A stretch of DNA of 63,281 nt, filler included, from Callorhinchus milii (taxonomy: Eukaryota), in assembly GCF_018977255.1 (NCBI RefSeq). It is 2 parts of 2 records of this genome, joined end to end, with 100 filler letters (N's around TTAATTAATTAA, not from the genome) between each part and the next. Parts side by side here need not be neighbours in the genome. Positions count along the whole stretch, not along the records: positions 1 to 31,598 come from NW_024705613.1; 1 more part is not named here. The stretch is one strand, 5' to 3'. The notes beneath the pieces are model-generated. The model saw nothing but the letters and a program-made list of their open reading frames with translations. It had not been told where the DNA came from and did no database searches. A program made the position numbers and the translations under genes. Positions within the stretch are counted from its first letter, which is position 1. Each line of letters starts with the position of its first letter. Shown piece by piece: positions 15,101 through 28,346 of the stretch.

Positions 15101-18100
15101 GCCACATCCGGGCCACATCCGGGCCACATCCGGGCCACATCCGGGCCACATCCGGGCCACATCCGGGCCACATCCGGGCCACATCCGGGCCACATCCGGG
15201 CCACATCCGGGCCACATCCGGGCCACATCCGGGCCACATCCGGGCCACATCCGGGCCACATCCGGGCCACATCCGGGCCACATCCGGGCCACATCCGGGC
15301 CACATCCGGGCCACATCCGGGCCACATCCGGGCCACATCCGGGCCACATCCGGGCCACATCCGGGCCACATCCGGGCCACATCCGGGCCACATCCGGGCC
15401 ACATCCGGGCCACATCCGGGCCACATCCGGGCCACATCCGGGCCACATCCGGGCCACATCCGGGCCACATCCGGGCCACATCCGGGCCACATCCGGGCCA
15501 CATCCGGGCCACATCCGGGCCACATCCGGGCCACATCCGGGCCACATCCGGGCCACATCCGGGCCACATCCGGGCCACATCCGGGCCACATCCGGGCCAC
15601 ATCCGGGCCACATCCGGGCCACATCCGGGCCACATCCGGGCCACATCCGGGCCACATCCGGGCCACATCCGGGCCACATCCGGGCCACATCCGGGCCACA
15701 TCCGGGCCACATCCGGGCCACATCCGGGCCACATCCGGGCCACATCCGGGCCACATCCGGGCCACATCCGGGCCACATCCGGGCCACATCCGGGCCACAT
15801 CCGGGCCACATCCGGGCCACATCCGGGCCACATCCGGGCCACATCCGGGCCACATCCGGGCCACATCCGGGCCACATCCGGGCCACATCCGGGCCACATC
15901 CGGGCCACATCCGGGCCACATCCGGGCCACATCCGGGCCACATCCGGGCCACATCCGGGCCACATCCGGGCCACATCCGGGCCACATCCGGGCCACATCC
16001 GGGCCACATCCGGGCCACATCCGGGCCACATCCGGGCCACATCCGGGCCACATCCGGGCCACATCCGGGCCACATCCGGGCCACATCCGGGCCACATCCG
16101 GGCCACATCCGGGCCACATCCGGGCCACATCCGGGCCACATCCGGGCCACATCCGGGCCACATCCGGGCCACATCCGGGCCACATCCGGGCCACATCCGG
16201 GCCACATCCGGGCCACATCCGGGCCACATCCGGGCCACATCCGGGCCACATCCGGGCCACATCCGGGCCACATCCGGGCCACATCCGGGCCACATCCGGG
16301 CCACATCCGGGCCACATCCGGGCCACATCCGGGCCACATCCGGGCCACATCCGGGCCACATCCGGGCCACATCCGGGCCACATCCGGGCCACATCCGGGC
16401 CACATCCGGGCCACATCCGGGCCACATCCGGGCCACATCCGGGCCACATCCGGGCCACATCCGGGCCACATCCGGGCCACATCCGGGCCACATCCGGGCC
16501 ACATCCGGGCCACATCCGGGCCACATCCGGGCCACATCCGGGCCACATCCGGGCCACATCCGGGCCACATCCGGGCCACATCCGGGCCACATCCGGGCCA
16601 CATCCGGGCCACATCCGGGCCACATCCGGGCCACATCCGGGCCACATCCGGGCCACATCCGGGCCACATCCGGGCCACATCCGGGCCACATCCGGGCCAC
16701 ATCCGGGCCACATCCGGGCCACATCCGGGCCACATCCGGGCCACATCCGGGCCACATCCGGGCCACATCCGGGCCACATCCGGGCCACATCCGGGCCACA
16801 TCCGGGCCACATCCGGGCCACATCCGGGCCACATCCGGGCCACATCCGGGCCACATCCGGGCCACATCCGGGCCACATCCGGGCCACATCCGGGCCACAT
16901 CCGGGCCACATCCGGGCCACATCCGGGCCACATCCGGGCCACATCCGGGCCACATCCGGGCCACATCCGGGCCACATCCGGGCCACATCCGGGCCACATC
17001 CGGGCCACATCCGGGCCACATCCGGGCCACATCCGGGCCACATCCGGGCCACATCCGGGCCACATCCGGGCCACATCCGGGCCACATCCGGGCCACATCC
17101 GGGCCACATCCGGGCCACATCCGGGCCACATCCGGGCCACATCCGGGCCACATCCGGGCCACATCCGGGCCACATCCGGGCCACATCCGGGCCACATCCG
17201 GGCCACATCCGGGCCACATCCGGGCCACATCCGGGCCACATCCGGGCCACATCCGGGCCACATCCGGGCCACATCCGGGCCACATCCGGGCCACATCCGG
17301 GCCACATCCGGGCCACATCCGGGCCACATCCGGGCCACATCCGGGCCACATCCGGGCCACATCCGGGCCACATCCGGGCCACATCCGGGCCACATCCGGG
17401 CCACATCCGGGCCACATCCGGGCCACATCCGGGCCACATCCGGGCCACATCCGGGCCACATCCGGGCCACATCCGGGCCACATCCGGGCCACATCCGGGC
17501 CACATCCGGGCCACATCCGGGCCACATCCGGGCCACATCCGGGCCACATCCGGGCCACATCCGGGCCACATCCGGGCCACATCCGGGCCACATCCGGGCC
17601 ACATCCGGGCCACATCCGGGCCACATCCGGGCCACATCCGGGCCACATCCGGGCCACATCCGGGCCACATCCGGGCCACATCCGGGCCACATCCGGGCCA
17701 CATCCGGGCCACATCCGGGCCACATCCGGGCCACATCCGGGCCACATCCGGGCCACATCCGGGCCACATCCGGGCCACATCCGGGCCACATCCGGGCCAC
17801 ATCCGGGCCACATCCGGGCCACATCCGGGCCACATCCGGGCCACATCCGGGCCACATCCGGGCCACATCCGGGCCACATCCGGGCCACATCCGGGCCACA
17901 TCCGGGCCACATCCGGGCCACATCCGGGCCACATCCGGGCCACATCCGGGCCACATCCGGGCCACATCCGGGCCACATCCGGGCCACATCCGGGCCACAT
18001 CCGGGCCACATCCGGGCCACATCCGGGCCACATCCGGGCCACATCCGGGCCACATCCGGGCCACATCCGGGCCACATCCGGGCCACATCCGGGCCACATC

Positions 18101-21100
18101 CGGGCCACATCCGGGCCACATCCGGGCCACATCCGGGCCACATCCGGGCCACATCCGGGCCACATCCGGGCCACATCCGGGCCACATCCGGGCCACATCC
18201 GGGCCACATCCGGGCCACATCCGGGCCACATCCGGGCCACATCCGGGCCACATCCGGGCCACATCCGGGCCACATCCGGGCCACATCCGGGCCACATCCG
18301 GGCCACATCCGGGCCACATCCGGGCCACATCCGGGCCACATCCGGGCCACATCCGGGCCACATCCGGGCCACATCCGGGCCACATCCGGGCCACATCCGG
18401 GCCACATCCGGGCCACATCCGGGCCACATCCGGGCCACATCCGGGCCACATCCGGGCCACATCCGGGCCACATCCGGGCCACATCCGGGCCACATCCGGG
18501 CCACATCCGGGCCACATCCGGGCCACATCCGGGCCACATCCGGGCCACATCCGGGCCACATCCGGGCCACATCCGGGCCACATCCGGGCCACATCCGGGC
18601 CACATCCGGGCCACATCCGGGCCACATCCGGGCCACATCCGGGCCACATCCGGGCCACATCCGGGCCACATCCGGGCCACATCCGGGCCACATCCGGGCC
18701 ACATCCGGGCCACATCCGGGCCACATCCGGGCCACATCCGGGCCACATCCGGGCCACATCCGGGCCACATCCGGGCCACATCCGGGCCACATCCGGGCCA
18801 CATCCGGGCCACATCCGGGCCACATCCGGGCCACATCCGGGCCACATCCGGGCCACATCCGGGCCACATCCGGGCCACATCCGGGCCACATCCGGGCCAC
18901 ATCCGGGCCACATCCGGGCCACATCCGGGCCACATCCGGGCCACATCCGGGCCACATCCGGGCCACATCCGGGCCACATCCGGGCCACATCCGGGCCACA
19001 TCCGGGCCACATCCGGGCCACATCCGGGCCACATCCGGGCCACATCCGGGCCACATCCGGGCCACATCCGGGCCACATCCGGGCCACATCCGGGCCACAT
19101 CCGGGCCACATCCGGGCCACATCCGGGCCACATCCGGGCCACATCCGGGCCACATCCGGGCCACATCCGGGCCACATCCGGGCCACATCCGGGCCACATC
19201 CGGGCCACATCCGGGCCACATCCGGGCCACATCCGGGCCACATCCGGGCCACATCCGGGCCACATCCGGGCCACATCCGGGCCACATCCGGGCCACATCC
19301 GGGCCACATCCGGGCCACATCCGGGCCACATCCGGGCCACATCCGGGCCACATCCGGGCCACATCCGGGCCACATCCGGGCCACATCCGGGCCACATCCG
19401 GGCCACATCCGGGCCACATCCGGGCCACATCCGGGCCACATCCGGGCCACATCCGGGCCACATCCGGGCCACATCCGGGCCACATCCGGGCCACATCCGG
19501 GCCACATCCGGGCCACATCCGGGCCACATCCGGGCCACATCCGGGCCACATCCGGGCCACATCCGGGCCACATCCGGGCCACATCCGGGCCACATCCGGG
19601 CCACATCCGGGCCACATCCGGGCCACATCCGGGCCACATCCGGGCCACATCCGGGCCACATCCGGGCCACATCCGGGCCACATCCGGGCCACATCCGGGC
19701 CACATCCGGGCCACATCCGGGCCACATCCGGGCCACATCCGGGCCACATCCGGGCCACATCCGGGCCACATCCGGGCCACATCCGGGCCACATCCGGGCC
19801 ACATCCGGGCCACATCCGGGCCACATCCGGGCCACATCCGGGCCACATCCGGGCCACATCCGGGCCACATCCGGGCCACATCCGGGCCACATCCGGGCCA
19901 CATCCGGGCCACATCCGGGCCACATCCGGGCCACATCCGGGCCACATCCGGGCCACATCCGGGCCACATCCGGGCCACATCCGGGCCACATCCGGGCCAC
20001 ATCCGGGCCACATCCGGGCCACATCCGGGCCACATCCGGGCCACATCCGGGCCACATCCGGGCCACATCCGGGCCACATCCGGGCCACATCCGGGCCACA
20101 TCCGGGCCACATCCGGGCCACATCCGGGCCACATCCGGGCCACATCCGGGCCACATCCGGGCCACATCCGGGCCACATCCGGGCCACATCCGGGCCACAT
20201 CCGGGCCACATCCGGGCCACATCCGGGCCACATCCGGGCCACATCCGGGCCACATCCGGGCCACATCCGGGCCACATCCGGGCCACATCCGGGCCACATC
20301 CGGGCCACATCCGGGCCACATCCGGGCCACATCCGGGCCACATCCGGGCCACATCCGGGCCACATCCGGGCCACATCCGGGCCACATCCGGGCCACATCC
20401 GGGCCACATCCGGGCCACATCCGGGCCACATCCGGGCCACATCCGGGCCACATCCGGGCCACATCCGGGCCACATCCGGGCCACATCCGGGCCACATCCG
20501 GGCCACATCCGGGCCACATCCGGGCCACATCCGGGCCACATCCGGGCCACATCCGGGCCACATCCGGGCCACATCCGGGCCACATCCGGGCCACATCCGG
20601 GCCACATCCGGGCCACATCCGGGCCACATCCGGGCCACATCCGGGCCACATCCGGGCCACATCCGGGCCACATCCGGGCCACATCCGGGCCACATCCGGG
20701 CCACATCCGGGCCACATCCGGGCCACATCCGGGCCACATCCGGGCCACATCCGGGCCACATCCGGGCCACATCCGGGCCACATCCGGGCCACATCCGGGC
20801 CACATCCGGGCCACATCCGGGCCACATCCGGGCCACATCCGGGCCACATCCGGGCCACATCCGGGCCACATCCGGGCCACATCCGGGCCACATCCGGGCC
20901 ACATCCGGGCCACATCCGGGCCACATCCGGGCCACATCCGGGCCACATCCGGGCCACATCCGGGCCACATCCGGGCCACATCCGGGCCACATCCGGGCCA
21001 CATCCGGGCCACATCCGGGCCACATCCGGGCCACATCCGGGCCACATCCGGGCCACATCCGGGCCACATCCGGGCCACATCCGGGCCACATCCGGGCCAC

Positions 21101-24100
21101 ATCCGGGCCACATCCGGGCCACATCCGGGCCACATCCGGGCCACATCCGGGCCACATCCGGGCCACATCCGGGCCACATCCGGGCCACATCCGGGCCACA
21201 TCCGGGCCACATCCGGGCCACATCCGGGCCACATCCGGGCCACATCCGGGCCACATCCGGGCCACATCCGGGCCACATCCGGGCCACATCCGGGCCACAT
21301 CCGGGCCACATCCGGGCCACATCCGGGCCACATCCGGGCCACATCCGGGCCACATCCGGGCCACATCCGGGCCACATCCGGGCCACATCCGGGCCACATC
21401 CGGGCCACATCCGGGCCACATCCGGGCCACATCCGGGCCACATCCGGGCCACATCCGGGCCACATCCGGGCCACATCCGGGCCACATCCGGGCCACATCC
21501 GGGCCACATCCGGGCCACATCCGGGCCACATCCGGGCCACATCCGGGCCACATCCGGGCCACATCCGGGCCACATCCGGGCCACATCCGGGCCACATCCG
21601 GGCCACATCCGGGCCACATCCGGGCCACATCCGGGCCACATCCGGGCCACATCCGGGCCACATCCGGGCCACATCCGGGCCACATCCGGGCCACATCCGG
21701 GCCACATCCGGGCCACATCCGGGCCACATCCGGGCCACATCCGGGCCACATCCGGGCCACATCCGGGCCACATCCGGGCCACATCCGGGCCACATCCGGG
21801 CCACATCCGGGCCACATCCGGGCCACATCCGGGCCACATCCGGGCCACATCCGGGCCACATCCGGGCCACATCCGGGCCACATCCGGGCCACATCCGGGC
21901 CACATCCGGGCCACATCCGGGCCACATCCGGGCCACATCCGGGCCACATCCGGGCCACATCCGGGCCACATCCGGGCCACATCCGGGCCACATCCGGGCC
22001 ACATCCGGGCCACATCCGGGCCACATCCGGGCCACATCCGGGCCACATCCGGGCCACATCCGGGCCACATCCGGGCCACATCCGGGCCACATCCGGGCCA
22101 CATCCGGGCCACATCCGGGCCACATCCGGGCCACATCCGGGCCACATCCGGGCCACATCCGGGCCACATCCGGGCCACATCCGGGCCACATCCGGGCCAC
22201 ATCCGGGCCACATCCGGGCCACATCCGGGCCACATCCGGGCCACATCCGGGCCACATCCGGGCCACATCCGGGCCACATCCGGGCCACATCCGGGCCACA
22301 TCCGGGCCACATCCGGGCCACATCCGGGCCACATCCGGGCCACATCCGGGCCACATCCGGGCCACATCCGGGCCACATCCGGGCCACATCCGGGCCACAT
22401 CCGGGCCACATCCGGGCCACATCCGGGCCACATCCGGGCCACATCCGGGCCACATCCGGGCCACATCCGGGCCACATCCGGGCCACATCCGGGCCACATC
22501 CGGGCCACATCCGGGCCACATCCGGGCCACATCCGGGCCACATCCGGGCCACATCCGGGCCACATCCGGGCCACATCCGGGCCACATCCGGGCCACATCC
22601 GGGCCACATCCGGGCCACATCCGGGCCACATCCGGGCCACATCCGGGCCACATCCGGGCCACATCCGGGCCACATCCGGGCCACATCCGGGCCACATCCG
22701 GGCCACATCCGGGCCACATCCGGGCCACATCCGGGCCACATCCGGGCCACATCCGGGCCACATCCGGGCCACATCCGGGCCACATCCGGGCCACATCCGG
22801 GCCACATCCGGGCCACATCCGGGCCACATCCGGGCCACATCCGGGCCACATCCGGGCCACATCCGGGCCACATCCGGGCCACATCCGGGCCACATCCGGG
22901 CCACATCCGGGCCACATCCGGGCCACATCCGGGCCACATCCGGGCCACATCCGGGCCACATCCGGGCCACATCCGGGCCACATCCGGGCCACATCCGGGC
23001 CACATCCGGGCCACATCCGGGCCACATCCGGGCCACATCCGGGCCACATCCGGGCCACATCCGGGCCACATCCGGGCCACATCCGGGCCACATCCGGGCC
23101 ACATCCGGGCCACATCCGGGCCACATCCGGGCCACATCCGGGCCACATCCGGGCCACATCCGGGCCACATCCGGGCCACATCCGGGCCACATCCGGGCCA
23201 CATCCGGGCCACATCCGGGCCACATCCGGGCCACATCCGGGCCACATCCGGGCCACATCCGGGCCACATCCGGGCCACATCCGGGCCACATCCGGGCCAC
23301 ATCCGGGCCACATCCGGGCCACATCCGGGCCACATCCGGGCCACATCCGGGCCACATCCGGGCCACATCCGGGCCACATCCGGGCCACATCCGGGCCACA
23401 TCCGGGCCACATCCGGGCCACATCCGGGCCACATCCGGGCCACATCCGGGCCACATCCGGGCCACATCCGGGCCACATCCGGGCCACATCCGGGCCACAT
23501 CCGGGCCACATCCGGGCCACATCCGGGCCACATCCGGGCCATCCGGGCCACATCCGGCCCATCCGGGCCACATCCGGGCCACATCCGGGCCACATCCGGG
23601 CCACATCCGGGCCACATCCGGGCCACATCCGGGCCACATCCGGGCCACATCCGGGCCACATCCGGGCCACATCCGGGCCACATCCGGGCCACATCCGGGC
23701 CACATCCGGGCCACATCCGGGCCACATCCGGGCCACATCCGGGCCACACCCGGGCCACATCCGGGCCACATCCGGGCCACATCCGGGCCACATCCGGGCC
23801 ACATCCGGGCCACATCCGGGCCACATCCGGGCCACATCCGGGCCACATCCGGGCCACATCCGGCCCATCCGGGCCACATCCGGGCCACATCCGGGCCACA
23901 TCCGGGCCACATCCGGGCCACATCCGGGCCACATCCGGGCCACATCCGGGCCACATCCGGGCCACATCCGGGCCACATCCGGGCCACATCCGGGCCACAT
24001 CCGGGCCACATCCGGGCCACATCCGGGCCACATCCGGGCCACATCCGGGCCACATCCGGGCCACATCCGGGCCACATCCGGGCCACATCCGGGCCACATC

Positions 24101-25682
24101 CGGGCCACATCCGGGCCACATCCGGGCCACATCCGGGCCACATCCGGGCCACATCCGGGCCACATCCGGGCCACATCCGGGCCACATCCGGGCCACATCC
24201 GGGCCACATCCGGGCCACATCCGGGCCACATCCGGGCCACATCCGGGCCACATCCGGGCCACATCCGGGCCACATCCGGGCCACATCCGGGCCACATCCG
24301 GGCCACATCCGGGCCACATCCGGGCCACATCCGGGCCACATCCGGGCCACATCCGGGCCACATCCGGGCCACATCCGGGCCACATCCGGGCCACATCCGG
24401 GCCACATCCGGGCCACATCCGGGCCACATCCGGGCCACATCCGGGCCACATCCGGGCCACATCCGGGCCACATCCGGGCCACATCCGGGCCACATCCGGG
24501 CCACATCCGGGCCACATCCGGGCCACATCCGGGCCACATCCGGGCCACATCCGGGCCACATCCGGGCCACATCCGGGCCACATCCGGGCCACATCCGGGC
24601 CACATCCGGGCCACATCCGGGCCACATCCGGGCCACATCCGGGCCACATCCGGGCCACATCCGGGCCACATCCGGGCCACATCCGGGCCACATCCGGGCC
24701 ACATCCGGGCCACATCCGGGCCACATCCGGGCCACATCCGGGCCACATCCGGGCCACATCCGGGCCACATCCGGGCCACATCCGGGCCACATCCGGGCCA
24801 CATCCGGGCCACATCCGGGCCACATCCGGGCCACATCCGGGCCACATCCGGGCCACATCCGGGCCACATCCGGGCCACATCCGGGCCACATCCGGGCCAC
24901 ATCCGGGCCACATCCGGGCCACATCCGGGCCACATCCGGGCCACATCCGGGCCACATCCGGGCCACATCCGGGCCACATCCGGGCCACATCCGGGCCACA
25001 TCCGGGCCACATCCGGGCCACATCCGGGCCACATCCGGGCCACATCCGGGCCACATCCGGGCCACATCCGGGCCACATCCGGGCCACATCCGGGCCACAT
25101 CCGGGCCACATCCGGGCCACATCCGGGCCACATCCGGGCCACATCCGGGCCACATCCGGGCCACATCCGGGCCACATCCGGGCCACATCCGGGCCACATC
25201 CGGGCCACATCCGGGCCACATCCGGGCCACATCCGGGCCACATCCGGGCCACATCCGGGCCACATCCGGGCCACATCCGGGCCACATCCGGGCCACATCC
25301 GGGCCACATCCGGGCCACATCCGGGCCACATCCGGGCCACATCCGGGCCACATCCGGGCCACATCCGGGCCACATCCGGGCCACATCCGGGCCACATCCG
25401 GGCCACATCCGGGCCACATCCGGGCCACATCCGGGCCACATCCGGGCCACATCCGGGCCACATCCGGGCCACATCCGGGCCACATCCGGGCCACATCCGG
25501 GCCACATCCGGGCCACATCCGGGCCACATCCGGGCCACATCCGGGCCACATCCGGGCCACATCCGGGCCACATCCGCGGCCACATCCGGGCCACATCCGG
25601 GCCACATCCGGGCCACATCCGGGCCACATCCGGGCCACATCCGGGCCACATCCGGGCCACATCCGGGCCACATCCGGGCCAC
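125..25682 (+). repeat. Tandem satellite (ATCCGGGCCAC)n, about 2,320 copies
   Basis: Read directly. Only a few variant units seen, at ~3627, ~23540, ~23556, ~23748, ~23862 and ~25577. Confidence 0.99.
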
Positions 25683-25715
25683 TTCCTGAGGGAGGGGGGG
25701 GGTCAGGAGGAGGCC
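25683..25715 (+). other. G-rich linker between the 11-mer and 39-mer arrays (left arm)
   Basis: ttcctgagggagggggggggtcaggaggaggcc; a near-identical inverted copy lies at 28314-28346. Confidence 0.95.
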
Positions 25716-27292
25716 TTAAAACGGCCATAATTTACAAACAGCGCCAACGACCCTTAAAAACGGCCATAATTTACAAACAGCGCCAACGACCGTTAAAAAC
25801 GGCCATAATTTACAAACAGCGCCAACGACCTTAAAAACGGCCATAATTTACAAACAGCGCCAACGACCCTTAAAAACGGCCATAATTTACAAACAGCGCC
25901 AACGACCCTTAAAAACGGCCATAATTTACAAACAGCGCCAACGACCCTAAAAAACGGCCATAATTTACAAACAGCGCCAACGACCTAAAAACAGGCCATA
26001 ATTTACAAACAGCGCCAACGACCCTAAAAACGGCCATAATTTACAAACAGCGCCAACGACCCTTAAAAACGGCCATAATTTACAAACAGCGCCAACGACC
26101 CTTAAAAACGGCCATAATTTACAAACAGCGCCAACGACCTAAAAAACGGCCATAATTTACAAACAGCGCCAACGACCTAAAAAACGGCCATAATTTACAA
26201 ACAGCGCCAACGACCCTAAAAAACGGCCATAATTTACAAACAGCGCCAACGACCCTTAAAAACGGCCATAATTTACAAACAGCGCCAACGACCTAAAAAA
26301 CGGCCATAATTTACAAACAGCGCCAACGACCTAAAAAACGGCCATAATTTACAAACAGCGCCAACGACCCTAAAAACGGCCATAATTTACAAACAGCGCC
26401 AACGACCTAAAAACGGCCATAATTTACAAACAGCGCCAACGACCCTAAAAACGGCCATAATTTACAAACAGCGCCAACGACCCTAAAAACGGCCATAATT
26501 TACAAACAGCGCCAACGACCTAAAAAACGCCATAATTTACAAACAGCGCCAACGACCCTAAAAACGGCCATAATTTACAAACAGCGCCAACGACCTAAAA
26601 ACGCCATAATTTACAAACAGCGCCAACGACCCTAAAAACGGCCATAATTTACAAACAGCGCCAACGACCTAAAAAACGGCCATAATTTACAAACAGCGCC
26701 AACGACCCTAAAAAACGGCCATAATTTACAAACAGCGCCAACGAACCTAAAAAACAGCCATAATTTACAAACAGCGCCAACGACCCTTAAAAACGGCCAT
26801 AATTTACAAACAGCGCCAACGACCCTAAAAACGGCCATAATTTACAAACAGCGCCAACGACCCTAAAAAACGGCCATAATTTACAAACAGCGCCAACGAC
26901 CTAAAAACGGCCATAATTTACAAACAGCGCCAACGACCCTAAAAAGGCCATAATTTACAAACAGCGCCAACGACCCTAAAAAACGGCCATAATTTACAAA
27001 CAGCGCCAATGACCCTAAAAAACGGCCATAATTTACAAACAGCGCCAACGAACCTAAAAAACGCCATAATTTACAAACAGCGCCAACGACCCTTAAAAAC
27101 GGCCATAATTTACAAACAGCGCCAACGACCCTAAAAAACGGCCATAATTTACAAACAGCGCCAACGACCTAAAAACGCCATAATTTACAAACAGCGCCAA
27201 CGACCTAAAAACGGCCATAATTTACAAACAGCGCCAACGACCTTAAAAACGGCCATAATTTACAAACAGCGCCAACGACCCTTAAAAACGGC
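25716..27292 (+). repeat. 38-39 bp minisatellite (CCCTTAAAAACGGCCATAATTTACAAACAGCGCCAACGA)n, about 41 units, left arm
   Basis: Head-to-tail units with no spacers. Variation is mostly in the C/T/A homopolymer part. Confidence 0.97.
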
Positions 27293-28313
27293 GCTGTTTG
27301 TAAATTATGGCCGTTTTTAAGGTGTTGGCGCTGTTTGTAAATTATGGCTTTTTTAGGGTTTGTGCGCTGTTTGTAAATTATGGCCGTTTTTTAGGGTCGT
27401 TGGCGCTGTTTGTAAATTATGGCCGTTTTTAAGGGTCGTTGGCGCTGTTTGTAAATTATGGCGTTTTTTAGGTCGTTGGCGCTGTTTGTAAATTATGGCC
27501 GTTTTTAGGGTCATTGGCGCTGTTTGTAAATTATGGCTGTTTTTTAGGGTCGTTGGCGCTGTTTGTAAATTATGGCCGTTTTTTAGGGTCGTTGGCGCTG
27601 TTTGTAAATTATGGCTGTTTTTTAGGTTGTTGGCGCTGTTTGTAAATTATGGCCGTTTTTAGGGTCGTTGGCGCTGTTTGTAAATTATGGCCGTTTTTTA
27701 GGGTCGTTGGCGCTGTTTGTAAATTATGGCTGTTTTTAAGGGTCGTTGGCGCTGTTTGTAAATTATGGCTGTTTTTTAGGTTCGTTGGCGCTGTTTGTAA
27801 ATTATGGCGTTTTTTAGGGTCGTTGGCGCTGTTTGTAAATTATGGCTGTTTTTAGGTCGTTGGCGCTGTTTGTAAATTATGGCCGTTTTTTAGGGTCGTT
27901 GGCGCTGTTTGTAAATTATGGCCGTTTTTAGGGTCGTTGGCGCTGTTTGTAAATTATGGCGTTTTTTAGGTCGTTGGCGCTGTTTGTAAATTATGGCCGT
28001 TTTTTAGGTCGTTGGCGCTGTTTGTAAATTATGGCCGTTTTTTAGGGTCGTTGGCGCTGTTTGTAAATTATGGCCGTTTTTAAGGGTCGTTGGCGCTGTT
28101 TGTAAATTATGGCCGTTTTTAAGGGTCGTTGGCGCTGTTTGTAAATTATGGCCGTTTTTTAGGTCGTTGGCGCTGTTTGTAAATTATGGCCGTTTTTAGG
28201 GTCGTTGGCGCTGTTTGTAAATTATGGCCGTTTTTAAGGTCGTTGGCGCTGTTTGTAAATTATGGCCGTTTTTAAGGGTCGTTGGCGCTGTTTGTAAATT
28301 ATGGCCGTTTTAA
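27290..28313 (-). repeat. Same 38-39 bp minisatellite inverted, about 27 units, right arm
   Basis: Reverse-complement units GGCGCTGTTTGTAAATTATGGCCGTTTTTAAGGGTCGTT. Orientation flips at a shared GGC (27290-27292). Confidence 0.97.
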
Positions 28314-28346
28314 GGCCCCTCCCCTGACCCCCCCCTCCCTCAGGAA
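28314..28346 (-). other. Inverted copy of the G-rich linker (right arm)
   Basis: Reverse complement of 25683-25715 apart from small differences in the G runs. Confidence 0.95.

Noticed and set aside
23540..23870. Cluster of variant 11-mer units as a higher-order repeat
   Set aside because: Only four variants with no periodicity; compatible with local mutation or read error.
25716..28313. 38-39 bp repeats as a CRISPR array
   Set aside because: The units are contiguous with no unique spacers, and there are no cas genes.
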